Positions 28,352 through 36,412 of a stretch of DNA of 58,479 bases are shown here, in pieces. A program made the translations under genes and the position numbers. The notes under the pieces were generated by a model. The model was not told the origin of the DNA. It saw nothing but the letters and a program-made list of their open reading frames with translations, and ran no database searches. Position 1 is the first letter of the stretch. Each line of letters starts with the position of its first letter. The stretch is from an uncultured Oceanicola sp. (GTDB lineage Bacteria > Pseudomonadota > Alphaproteobacteria > Rhodobacterales > Rhodobacteraceae): positions 1 through 58,479 of the forward strand of contig CAYVQK010000001.1 in assembly GCA_964454145.1 (NCBI GenBank). Direction: 5' to 3'.

Positions 28352-28717
28352 ATGCAAGAGATCAAGGTTTGCGGACAGGATGACATTCCCGATGGCGGGG
28401 TGCGCATCGTCGAGATGGGTGACCTGGAGATCGGGGTGATCCGGCAGGGCGGCAAGCTCTATGCCTATCGCAACCTCTGCCCGCACCAGGGTGGTCCGGC
28501 CTGCGAGGGCGTGCGGATGCCGCGCGTCTTCGACGAGCTCGACGCCGAGGGCCGTTTCCTCGGGCAGGAGTTCGACAGCGAGGAGCAGCACATCGTCTGC
28601 CCCTGGCACGGCTACGAGTATCGCCTGTCGGATGGCGTCAACGTCTGCGACGCGCGGCTGAAGCTGCGCAAGTTCGAGGTCGAGGAAAGGGGCGGCGATG
28701 TCTATCTCCGCGTCTGA
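28352..28717 (+). CDS. Rieske [2Fe-2S] ferredoxin with a long insertion
   Basis: CPH-x37-CPWH. Confidence 0.92.
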   Translation: MQEIKVCGQDDIPDGGVRIVEMGDLEIGVIRQGGKLYAYRNLCPHQGGPACEGVRMPRVFDELDAEGRFLGQEFDSEEQHIVCPWHGYEYRLSDGVNVCDARLKLRKFEVEERGGDVYLRV

Positions 28718-29057
28718 CCCCGCCACCCGCTTCGCCGAGGCCGCCAGCGAGATCGCCGCCCTGGTCGATGACGCCGTGGCCGAGGGCGGCATCGACGCGC
28801 TCGATGACGAGGCGCTGGGGCAGGCGCTGGCCGCCTGCGTGCGGCTCTACGTCGCCAAGGCCGAGACCGGCGCCCGGCTCATGCCCTTCGGGCGCAACAC
28901 CACCGTCACCGCGACCGAGATCGCCATCGCCGCCCAGGCGATGCTCGATGCAGGCCGCATGGAGATCTTCGAGCTGGGGCTCTGGGAACAGATGTGCGCC
29001 ATCCGCCCCGCCCGCCAGACCTCGCTGGCCGACCTGCCGCAGGAGAGTGCCCGATGA
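28698..29057 (+). CDS. Hypothetical protein (119 aa) coupled to the Rieske and amidohydrolase-fold genes
   Basis: Overlaps both neighbours, with host-like codon usage and no recognisable motif. Confidence 0.72.
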   Translation: MSISASDPATRFAEAASEIAALVDDAVAEGGIDALDDEALGQALAACVRLYVAKAETGARLMPFGRNTTVTATEIAIAAQAMLDAGRMEIFELGLWEQMCAIRPARQTSLADLPQESAR

Positions 29058-30304
29058 ACGTGCAAGACCGCCGCGTGACCGATCAGCGCGACATGACGAC
29101 AGAGCCCTTCGACACCACCACCCACCTGCGGCACGCCCGCCAGCAGGCGGAGGCGCGGAACTACGACGAGTTCTTCATCGCCGACGTCGACAGCCACCAC
29201 TACGAGAACGAGGCCTCCACCGAGATCGCCAGCTATGTCCGCAACGACGTGCTTCGGAACGAGATCCTCTACCAGGGGATCAGCCGCAAGGGCATCTCCA
29301 CGGGCTTCGGCCAGTACCAGGATCTTGGCGGACGTCTGACCCGCTATCCGAACCGCAAGAAGGAGGCGGTGCCGGAAAAGCCGCACCGCGACGTGACGCT
29401 GATGCGGCGCTGGATGGATGCGATGGGGGTGGACGTGGCCTGCATGTTCCCCACGCCGCTGCTGAACCTCGGCCTCAGCCCCCGGGTCGATCTCGAGGTC
29501 GAGCTGGCCTTCGGCTACAACCGCTGGCTCTGCGAACGGGTGCTGTCGGAGGACCGGCGGCTGAAGTCGATGCTCTACCTGCCCTTCAACGACCCGGAGG
29601 CCTGCCCGAAGATCATCGAGGAATTCGGCGACCACCCCGGCGTGATCGGCTTCATGGTGACGACGACGCGCTACAAGGGCGTCTATGACAACGCCTATCT
29701 GCGCACCTACCGGATGCTGGAGGAGCGCGGCCTGCCGCTGGGGTTCCACACCGGGCTCGGCGGGCAGGAGCCGGGGCTCTCGACCGCCGCCAACCGCTTC
29801 CTGGTGCTGCACGCGCTGGGCTTTGCCTGGCACAACATGCTGCACCTCTCGAACTGGGTGATCAACGGGCTGCCCGAGCGCTTTCCCAACCTGAAGGTGA
29901 TGTGGATCGAGGCCGGGTTGGCCTGGATCCCCTTCCTGATGCAGCGGCTCGACAACGAGTACATGATGCGCGCCTCCGACGCCCCGCTTCTGAAGAAGAA
30001 GCCGTCGGATTACATGCGTGACATGTTCTACACCTCCCAGCCGATGGAGATGGTCGACAACGCCGAGGCGCTGGAACTGACCTTCAAGATGATGAACGCC
30101 GAGAGCCAGCTGCTCTACTCGTCCGACTACCCGCACTGGGACATGGACCTGCCCAGCACCATCTACGACCTGCCGTTCCTGGCCGAGGGCGCCAAGCGCA
30201 ACATCCTCGGCGGCAATGCCGCGCGGGTCTTCGGGCTCGAGCCCGAGCTGAGCGAATGGAAGCTGAAACGACAGAAGGAGAAGCGGGCCGCGCAGCCTGG
30301 CTGA
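29054..30304 (+). CDS. Amidohydrolase-fold protein, probable dinuclear-metal oxygenase (PtmU3/AibH-like)
   Basis: DVDSH, GFH, WIEAG and SDYPHWD ligand pattern; next to a Rieske ferredoxin. Confidence 0.75.
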   Translation: MNVQDRRVTDQRDMTTEPFDTTTHLRHARQQAEARNYDEFFIADVDSHHYENEASTEIASYVRNDVLRNEILYQGISRKGISTGFGQYQDLGGRLTRYPNRKKEAVPEKPHRDVTLMRRWMDAMGVDVACMFPTPLLNLGLSPRVDLEVELAFGYNRWLCERVLSEDRRLKSMLYLPFNDPEACPKIIEEFGDHPGVIGFMVTTTRYKGVYDNAYLRTYRMLEERGLPLGFHTGLGGQEPGLSTAANRFLVLHALGFAWHNMLHLSNWVINGLPERFPNLKVMWIEAGLAWIPFLMQRLDNEYMMRASDAPLLKKKPSDYMRDMFYTSQPMEMVDNAEALELTFKMMNAESQLLYSSDYPHWDMDLPSTIYDLPFLAEGAKRNILGGNAARVFGLEPELSEWKLKRQKEKRAAQPG

Positions 30305-30427
30305 CCGCTGCGCGCCGAGACGACCCCGACCACAACCGGGCCGCAGGGGCGCAAAGACCCTCGGCCGAGGACGTGAGGCGGATGGCAGGCAAGAGCCATC
30401 GAGCGAATTGCAACAGAGGAGGACAAC

Positions 30428-31402
30428 ATGAACACCAGAGATTTCCTGAAAGGCGCGGCCGCTGGCGTTGCGCTCATGGTCACCGGGGCGCTGCCCGCCG
30501 TGGCGCAAGACTATCCCACCAAGCCGATCCAGCTGATCGTGCCGTTCGGGCAGGGCGGGGCGACCGACCAGCTGGCACGCATGTTCGTGCCCGCGCTGGA
30601 GGAGCGGTTGGGCCAGTCCGTCGTGATCGTCAACCAGCCCGGCGCGGGCGGGGCCGTGGGCCTTGCCAACCTCGCTCTGGCGCGGCCTGACGGCTACACC
30701 ATCGGCGTGGGCTCGGACTCCACCCTGGCCGCGCGCCCGATCATGGACAGCTCGGGCTACACCGCCGAAAGCTTCGACACCATCGCGCGGCTCGTCTCGA
30801 TCCCCTCGGGCGTCGCCGTGGCCAAGGACAGCCCCTACCAGTCGCTCGGCGATCTCGTCGAGGCGGTGAAGGGCGGCGAGGAGCTGACCTGGTCGGGCTC
30901 CGGCATCGGCTCCGGCCCGCATCTCGCCATGGCCGTGTTCCTGGCGCAGAACGATCTGGACGCGACCTACGTCAACTCCAACTCGGGCCAGGAGGCCATG
31001 GTCAAGCTGCTCTCGGGGGAGGTCGATTTCTACTCCGGCGGCGGCTCCAACTACCCGCCGATGATCGACGACAGCGGCAACAGCGACATCCGCGTGCTGG
31101 CGCTTGCTGCCGAGGATCGCTGGAAGTACCTGCCCGAGGTGCCCACCCACACCGAGGAAGGCTTCCCCTACCTGCGCTCGCAGTGGTTCGGCCTCGTCGG
31201 CCCGGCAGGCATGCCGCAGGAGGCGATCGACAAGATCTCTGCGGCGGTGAAGGAAACGCTGGAAGACCCGGCCTTCGAGGAGCGGCTCGACCAGTTCTAC
31301 TTCAACCCTGCCTATCTCGATCAGGCCGGCATGAGCGCGGCGATCGCCGAGGAAGCCGAGGCCTTCCGCCCGATCCTCGAGGAGGCCGGGCTGGCCAAGT
31401 AG
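30428..31402 (+). CDS. tctC: Tripartite tricarboxylate transporter SBP (TctC/Bug)
   Basis: YPTKPIQLIVPFGQGGATD, NQPGAGG, PDGYT, PEVPT. Confidence 0.93.
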   Translation: MNTRDFLKGAAAGVALMVTGALPAVAQDYPTKPIQLIVPFGQGGATDQLARMFVPALEERLGQSVVIVNQPGAGGAVGLANLALARPDGYTIGVGSDSTLAARPIMDSSGYTAESFDTIARLVSIPSGVAVAKDSPYQSLGDLVEAVKGGEELTWSGSGIGSGPHLAMAVFLAQNDLDATYVNSNSGQEAMVKLLSGEVDFYSGGGSNYPPMIDDSGNSDIRVLALAAEDRWKYLPEVPTHTEEGFPYLRSQWFGLVGPAGMPQEAIDKISAAVKETLEDPAFEERLDQFYFNPAYLDQAGMSAAIAEEAEAFRPILEEAGLAK

Positions 31403-31526
31403 GCCCGGGCGCCACCAGTCATCGCGCCTTCCCGCCCGGCCCCATGCCCGGCGGGGAGGTGCAATCCACCCACCCGACGCGCGGTGGGCGGGACGAGGGG
31501 ACAGGACACACCTGAGGGAGGACGAC

Positions 31527-31967
31527 ATGGCACTCAGACATGAAGACACTGTATCGGGCGGCGTGCTGACCGCCTTCGGAGCCGCGGTGGCATGGCTTTC
31601 GGTCGGGATGGGCACCGGCGCGGCCGGCGCGACCCTTCCGCCCAACTTCTTTCCGCTGCTCTGCGCCGCGGGCCTCGTCATCTGCGGGCTTGTGCTGCTG
31701 GTCCGCGGGCTGCGCAGCGAGGCCGGACCGCTGCCGCAACTGGTCGACAGCCGCGTGGCGGTGGTCGGCGGGCTGCTCATCCTGTTCTACTGGTTCTTCG
31801 CCTGGATCGACTTCCGCGTCGGTGCCGCCGTGCTCGCCTTCGTCACGATCTGGAGCTTCGGGCATCGCTCGATCGCGCTTCTGACGATCCTGCCGATCGG
31901 CCTCGCCATCGGCCTCTACTTCGCCTTCACCCGTGGCTTCCAGCTGGTGCTTCCGACATGGATCTGA
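31527..31967 (+). CDS. tctB: TctB small permease
   Basis: Four transmembrane segments, PNFFP, located between tctC and tctA. Confidence 0.85.
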   Translation: MALRHEDTVSGGVLTAFGAAVAWLSVGMGTGAAGATLPPNFFPLLCAAGLVICGLVLLVRGLRSEAGPLPQLVDSRVAVVGGLLILFYWFFAWIDFRVGAAVLAFVTIWSFGHRSIALLTILPIGLAIGLYFAFTRGFQLVLPTWI

Positions 31968-33478
31968 TCGCAAACCTCGCCGCCGGTGCCTCGGCCATCC
32001 TCGATCCGGTCACCATCCTCTTCGTCTTTCTCGGCGCGGTGGTCGGCATGGTCTTCGGGGCCGCGCCCGGCCTCACGGCCACCTCCGCCATCGTGCTCTT
32101 CCTGCCGGTGACTTATGCCATGGGTCCCACCAGCTCGATGGCGCTGCTGCTCGGCATCTACTGCTCGGGCTATTTCGCGGGCTCGATCCCGGCGATCCTG
32201 CTCAACACGCCGGGCGCGCCTGGCTCCGCGGCCACGGCACTCGACGGCTACTCGCTGGCGATGCAGGGGCAAGGCGACAAGGCCATCGTCACGGCGATCC
32301 TGTCGTCCTTCGTCGGGGGGCTGTTCTCGCTGACCATGCTGGCGCTGATCGCCCCTTCGCTGGCGAAGGTGGCGCTGAGTTTCACCTCGGTCGAGTATTT
32401 CACCTTCGCGCTCGTTGGCATCGTCTGCGTCGCGGGCATCTCGCGCGGCTCGATGATCAAGGGCCTCGCCGCGGCCTTCATCGGCATCCTCGCCTCCACC
32501 GTGGGGCTCGATCCGGTGTCGGGTGTGGGCCGGTTCCTCTTCGGGCAGCCCAACCTGATGGGTGGCATCCCGACCACCGCCGCGCTAATCGGCCTCTTCG
32601 CAGTGGCGCAGATGCTGCTGCTGACGGTGAAGAAGCGGGGCGAGGCCGAGGTTCTGCCGGTGCAGCAACGCACGCCGATCACCGAGATCCTGGGCACCAT
32701 GATCCGCTCGAAATGGCTGATGCTGAAATCCGCCGCCATCGGCGCGCTCATCGGCGTGCTCCCCGGCACCGGTCCCTCCATCGCCTCCTGGGTCAGCTAC
32801 TCCGACGCTCTGCGCACGGCGAAGCCCGGCGACAAGTACGGCAAGGGTGAGGTGAAGGGGGTCATCTCCTGCGAGGTGGCCAACAACGCCGTCACCGGCG
32901 GCGCGCTGGTGCCGCTGCTCACCCTGGGCATCCCGGGCGACCCGGTGACGGCGGTGCTCGTCGGCGCCCTGATGATCCAGGGCTTCGAGACCGGGCCCTT
33001 CTTCATTCCGCAGAACACCGAGCTGTTCTACTCGATCCTGTGGCTGCTGCTGATCTCCAACATCCTGATGCTGATACTGGGAATCGGCGGGCGGCGGCTG
33101 GCGGCGAAGGTGCTGGAAATCCCGCCCGGCGTGATGGTGCCCTGCATCCTCGTCGTCGCCGGTGCCGGGGCCTTCTCGCTTGCCTCCAACCCCTTCTACC
33201 TGAAGCTCGTCATCATCTTCGGCCTCACCGGCTACCTGATGGTGCGCTTCCGCTTCCCCACCGCTCCCGCGGTGCTGGGCATCGTGCTGGGGCCGATCCT
33301 CGAGCAGAACCTGCGCAACGCGCTGACCGCCAACAAGATGGACCTGACCATCTTCTTCACCCGGCCGATCAGCCTCGTGACGCTGCTCTTCATGTGCCTC
33401 CTGCTCTGGGTCTGGCTGAAGCCGGCCAAGAAGAGCCCGAAGGACGACAAGAGCACCGAAGCGGAGATCTCGGGATGA
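31958..33478 (+). CDS. tctA: TctA large permease
   Basis: NTPGAPGSAATALDGY, EVANNA, LLTLGIPGD. Confidence 0.93.
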   Translation: MDLIANLAAGASAILDPVTILFVFLGAVVGMVFGAAPGLTATSAIVLFLPVTYAMGPTSSMALLLGIYCSGYFAGSIPAILLNTPGAPGSAATALDGYSLAMQGQGDKAIVTAILSSFVGGLFSLTMLALIAPSLAKVALSFTSVEYFTFALVGIVCVAGISRGSMIKGLAAAFIGILASTVGLDPVSGVGRFLFGQPNLMGGIPTTAALIGLFAVAQMLLLTVKKRGEAEVLPVQQRTPITEILGTMIRSKWLMLKSAAIGALIGVLPGTGPSIASWVSYSDALRTAKPGDKYGKGEVKGVISCEVANNAVTGGALVPLLTLGIPGDPVTAVLVGALMIQGFETGPFFIPQNTELFYSILWLLLISNILMLILGIGGRRLAAKVLEIPPGVMVPCILVVAGAGAFSLASNPFYLKLVIIFGLTGYLMVRFRFPTAPAVLGIVLGPILEQNLRNALTANKMDLTIFFTRPISLVTLLFMCLLLWVWLKPAKKSPKDDKSTEAEISG

Positions 33479-35223
33479 GCGCGCTGCCCGAGACCGGCGC
33501 CAACGTGGAAGGGCCGCGCAGCGCGGCCCACCACCTGTTGCAGGCGATGGTGGACTGCGGCATCGATTACGTCTTCGCCAACCTCGGCACCGACCACGCG
33601 CCGATCATCGAGGAGATGGCGCGCTGGCGTGCCGAGGGGCGGCGGCCCCCGCGCGTGCTGCTCTGTCCGCACGAGAGCACGGCTGCTCACATGGCGATGG
33701 GCTACGCCTTCGCCACAGGCCGGGGGCAGGCGGTGCTGGTCCATGTCGATGTCGGCACCACCAACGCCGCGACCGCGATGCACAACGCCTGCCGCTCCCG
33801 CCTGCCGGTGCTGCTGATGGCCGGCAAGGCGCCCTATACCAGCCATGGCGAGTTGCCGGGAACCAGGGACAACTACGTCCATTTCATCCAGGAGCCGCAG
33901 GATCAGGGCGCGGTGGTGCGCCCCTACGTGAAATGGGAGTACACGCTGCAGGCGGCCGTGCATGTGGGCGAGGTTCTGCGCCGGGCGCATACGGTGATGC
34001 AGTCGGGCGCGCGTGGCCCGGTCTATCTCATGTTGCCGCGGGAGGCGCTCACCGGCGAGGCGGTGGCGGCGGACCTGCCGCAGTTTCCCGCCGCCAAGCA
34101 TGGCGAGATGCGCCCCGGCTCCGTGCCCGACGACGCCCTGACCGACCTGGCCGACCGGCTTCTCGGCGCCGAGCGCCCGCTGATCATCACCTCCTACGCC
34201 GGCCACACGCCCGGCACCTCGGAGGCGATCGAGCGGCTGTCGCAGCTCGTGGGGGCGGCGGTGGTGCAGAACGCGATGGTCTCGAACTGCAACCACGAGA
34301 TGGACACCTTCGCAGGCGGCCTGCCCGGCGACCGTCTGCCGGCAGCGGATGTCGGCCTCATCGTCGACAGCGACGTGCCCTGGATCCCGTCGCAGGAAAG
34401 GCCCGATCCCGGGTCGTTCTGGGCCCATGTCGATGTCGACGCGCTGAAGGTCAGCTCGCCGGTCTGGAGTTTCCCGGCCGATCTGAGGCTCGAGGGCAAC
34501 AGCGCCGCCATCATCGGGCGGCTTGCGGAGATCGTGGAGGCACGGCGCAGCGGGGAGCAGGCGACGCGGGCGGAGGCGCGTGTTGCCACCCTGAGGGTCG
34601 CGGGCGAGAAGCGACGGGCCTCGGCCGCGGAGGCTGCCGCCGACCCGGGCCAGCCCAATGCGCTGAACCCCCACCACGTGCTGCGCGCGCTCGGCGCGGC
34701 GCTTCGGCCCGAAGACGTGATCTTCCACGAGGCCGTGCGCAACCAGCCGGTGATGGTTCGCCAGATTCCGCGCTCCCAGCCGGGCACCATGACCCGCACA
34801 GCGGGCGGCGGACTCGGGGCCTCGGGCGGCATGGCGCTGGGCTACAAGCTTGCCCATCCGGAGCGGCTCGTGGTGCAGATCGTGGGCGACGGAGCCTTCT
34901 ACTACAACAACCCCGCCTCGCTCTTCGCGGCCTCGAAGCAATATGACCTGCCGCTGCTGACCGTGGTGCTCGACAATGCCGGCTGGTCCGCAGTGAAGAG
35001 TTCCACCCAGCGGGTCTACCCGGGTGGCGCGGCCGAGGCCGATGGCGACTTCGCCTCCGACTTCCGCGATGACACCGAGTTCTCCGCCATGGCGGGGATG
35101 TTCGGCTTCACCGGCATCCGGCTGGACGACCCCGAGGGCGTGGCAGAGCGGGTGGCCGAGGCCGTGGAACTGGCACGGACCGGCCAGTCGGTGCTGCTGC
35201 ACGTGCGCCTGCCGCGCCACTGA
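33475..35223 (+). CDS. ThDP-dependent enzyme (benzoylformate-decarboxylase/ALS-like)
   Basis: NLGTDH, CPHE (catalytic Glu), GDG..LDN ThDP motif. Confidence 0.9.
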   Translation: MSALPETGANVEGPRSAAHHLLQAMVDCGIDYVFANLGTDHAPIIEEMARWRAEGRRPPRVLLCPHESTAAHMAMGYAFATGRGQAVLVHVDVGTTNAATAMHNACRSRLPVLLMAGKAPYTSHGELPGTRDNYVHFIQEPQDQGAVVRPYVKWEYTLQAAVHVGEVLRRAHTVMQSGARGPVYLMLPREALTGEAVAADLPQFPAAKHGEMRPGSVPDDALTDLADRLLGAERPLIITSYAGHTPGTSEAIERLSQLVGAAVVQNAMVSNCNHEMDTFAGGLPGDRLPAADVGLIVDSDVPWIPSQERPDPGSFWAHVDVDALKVSSPVWSFPADLRLEGNSAAIIGRLAEIVEARRSGEQATRAEARVATLRVAGEKRRASAAEAAADPGQPNALNPHHVLRALGAALRPEDVIFHEAVRNQPVMVRQIPRSQPGTMTRTAGGGLGASGGMALGYKLAHPERLVVQIVGDGAFYYNNPASLFAASKQYDLPLLTVVLDNAGWSAVKSSTQRVYPGGAAEADGDFASDFRDDTEFSAMAGMFGFTGIRLDDPEGVAERVAEAVELARTGQSVLLHVRLPRH

Positions 35224-35229
35224 GGCGGG

Positions 35230-35715
35230 TCAGGCCACCGCGCTGAAGCGGAGAAGGAGCGCCTCGGTGACGTCATCGGGGATGGCCCTGCCGAGATGGG
35301 CCGCCAGCGACGCGAGGTTCTGCGCGGCGGCCTCCTGCGGCGTTGCCTTGGTATCCGCGGCAATCTCGGCTGCCTCGAGCACCGCCTGTTGCGCCTTTTC
35401 GGCCGAGAGCTCCACCTTCTTCACCTGCGCCCGAACCGCTTCCTGCGCCTCGGGGTCGGGCCCGAGGGCACGGGCTTTCATCTCGCGCCGCACCGTGCGC
35501 AGGGGCCGCACCACCGCCTCGCGCCAGGGCGCCACGAGTGCGTCGAGTTCAGCCACACCTTCCGGGCCGATCATCTCGCCCCGGCTGGCGCGCCAGAGCA
35601 GCCAGAGCATCACGTTCACATCGCCGCCCGCCTCGTCCTGCAAGGCGAGGCAGGCTGCCTGGGTGGGCGCATCATCGTAGAACCGCAGCGAGAACGCCCA
35701 GAGTCCCTCAGCCAT
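35230..35715 (-). CDS. TIGR02444/DUF2390-family protein
   Basis: LWAFSLRFY..ACLALQD..DVNVMLW..WREAVVRPLR..ELSAEK. Confidence 0.82.
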   Translation of the reverse strand: MAEGLWAFSLRFYDDAPTQAACLALQDEAGGDVNVMLWLLWRASRGEMIGPEGVAELDALVAPWREAVVRPLRTVRREMKARALGPDPEAQEAVRAQVKKVELSAEKAQQAVLEAAEIAADTKATPQEAAAQNLASLAAHLGRAIPDDVTEALLLRFSAVA

Positions 35716-36394
35716 GCGCTTCCGCCTCGAGCCAGTCGACCGCCGCCGCCGCGACCGCGCGGATGTGGTGCCGCAGGGCGGCCTCGGCGCCCTCCGCGTC
35801 GCGCGCCACCAGCCGCGCCACGATCTCGTCGAGTTCGGAGGCCCGGCGCTCGGCGCGGGCCTGCTGGCCCAGCGAGCGGTAGCGCAGAAAGCCGATGCGG
35901 TTGAAGAGCTGCACGAAGACGCGCGCCATGTCGGGGTTGCCGGCACCCGCGAAGAGCAGCTCGTAGAATTCTGCCTTCACCGCCAGCCGCTCTTCGAGGT
36001 CGCCGCTCTCCAGCGCCTGCCTGAAGCGCGCGGCGAGCGTATCGAGCGCGGCCACCTGCGCCGCGCTGGCCCGGGCGCAGAACAGCCGCGCGGCGGCGCA
36101 TTCGAGGATTTCCCGCAGCTCGTAGATCGAGCGCGCGGCCTCCGCCGTCACAACCGCCACGAAGGGGCGGCCGCGCGGGCCGGTGGCCACGAGCTGCTCG
36201 ATCTCGAGTTGCCGCAGCGCCTCGCGCACCGAGGTGCGGCTCACGCCGAGCGCCTCGCAGAGCTCGCGTTCCAGAAGCCGCTCTCCGGGGGCATAGTGCC
36301 CCGCCATGATCGCCCAGCGCAGCCTGGCCAGCACCCGGTCGCGCAGCAGCGCGGCGGGCTGTTCCAGTGTCAGGTCGGTCCTTGCCGTGGTCAT
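35708..36394 (-). CDS. GntR (FCD) transcriptional regulator
   Basis: PGERLLERELCEALGVSRTSVREAL plus FCD domain. Confidence 0.95.
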   Translation of the reverse strand: MTTARTDLTLEQPAALLRDRVLARLRWAIMAGHYAPGERLLERELCEALGVSRTSVREALRQLEIEQLVATGPRGRPFVAVVTAEAARSIYELREILECAAARLFCARASAAQVAALDTLAARFRQALESGDLEERLAVKAEFYELLFAGAGNPDMARVFVQLFNRIGFLRYRSLGQQARAERRASELDEIVARLVARDAEGAEAALRHHIRAVAAAAVDWLEAEAHG

Positions 36395-36412
36395 TCCGTG
36401 CCGCCCGCTGCC

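Noticed and set aside
30305-30427. c-di-GMP-I-like riboswitch upstream of tctC (GGGGCGCAAAG...)
   Set aside because: Only the GCAAAG fragment matches; the GGCAAA/GNRA P1 elements are missing. An Rfam cmscan hit would be needed to revive this idea.
28847-31780. Very long antisense ORFs (e.g. 977 aa here, 908 aa at 15097-17823, 828 aa at 35714-38200)
   Set aside because: These are shadow ORFs opposite well-supported genes. They are expected in high-GC DNA and have no recognisable motifs.
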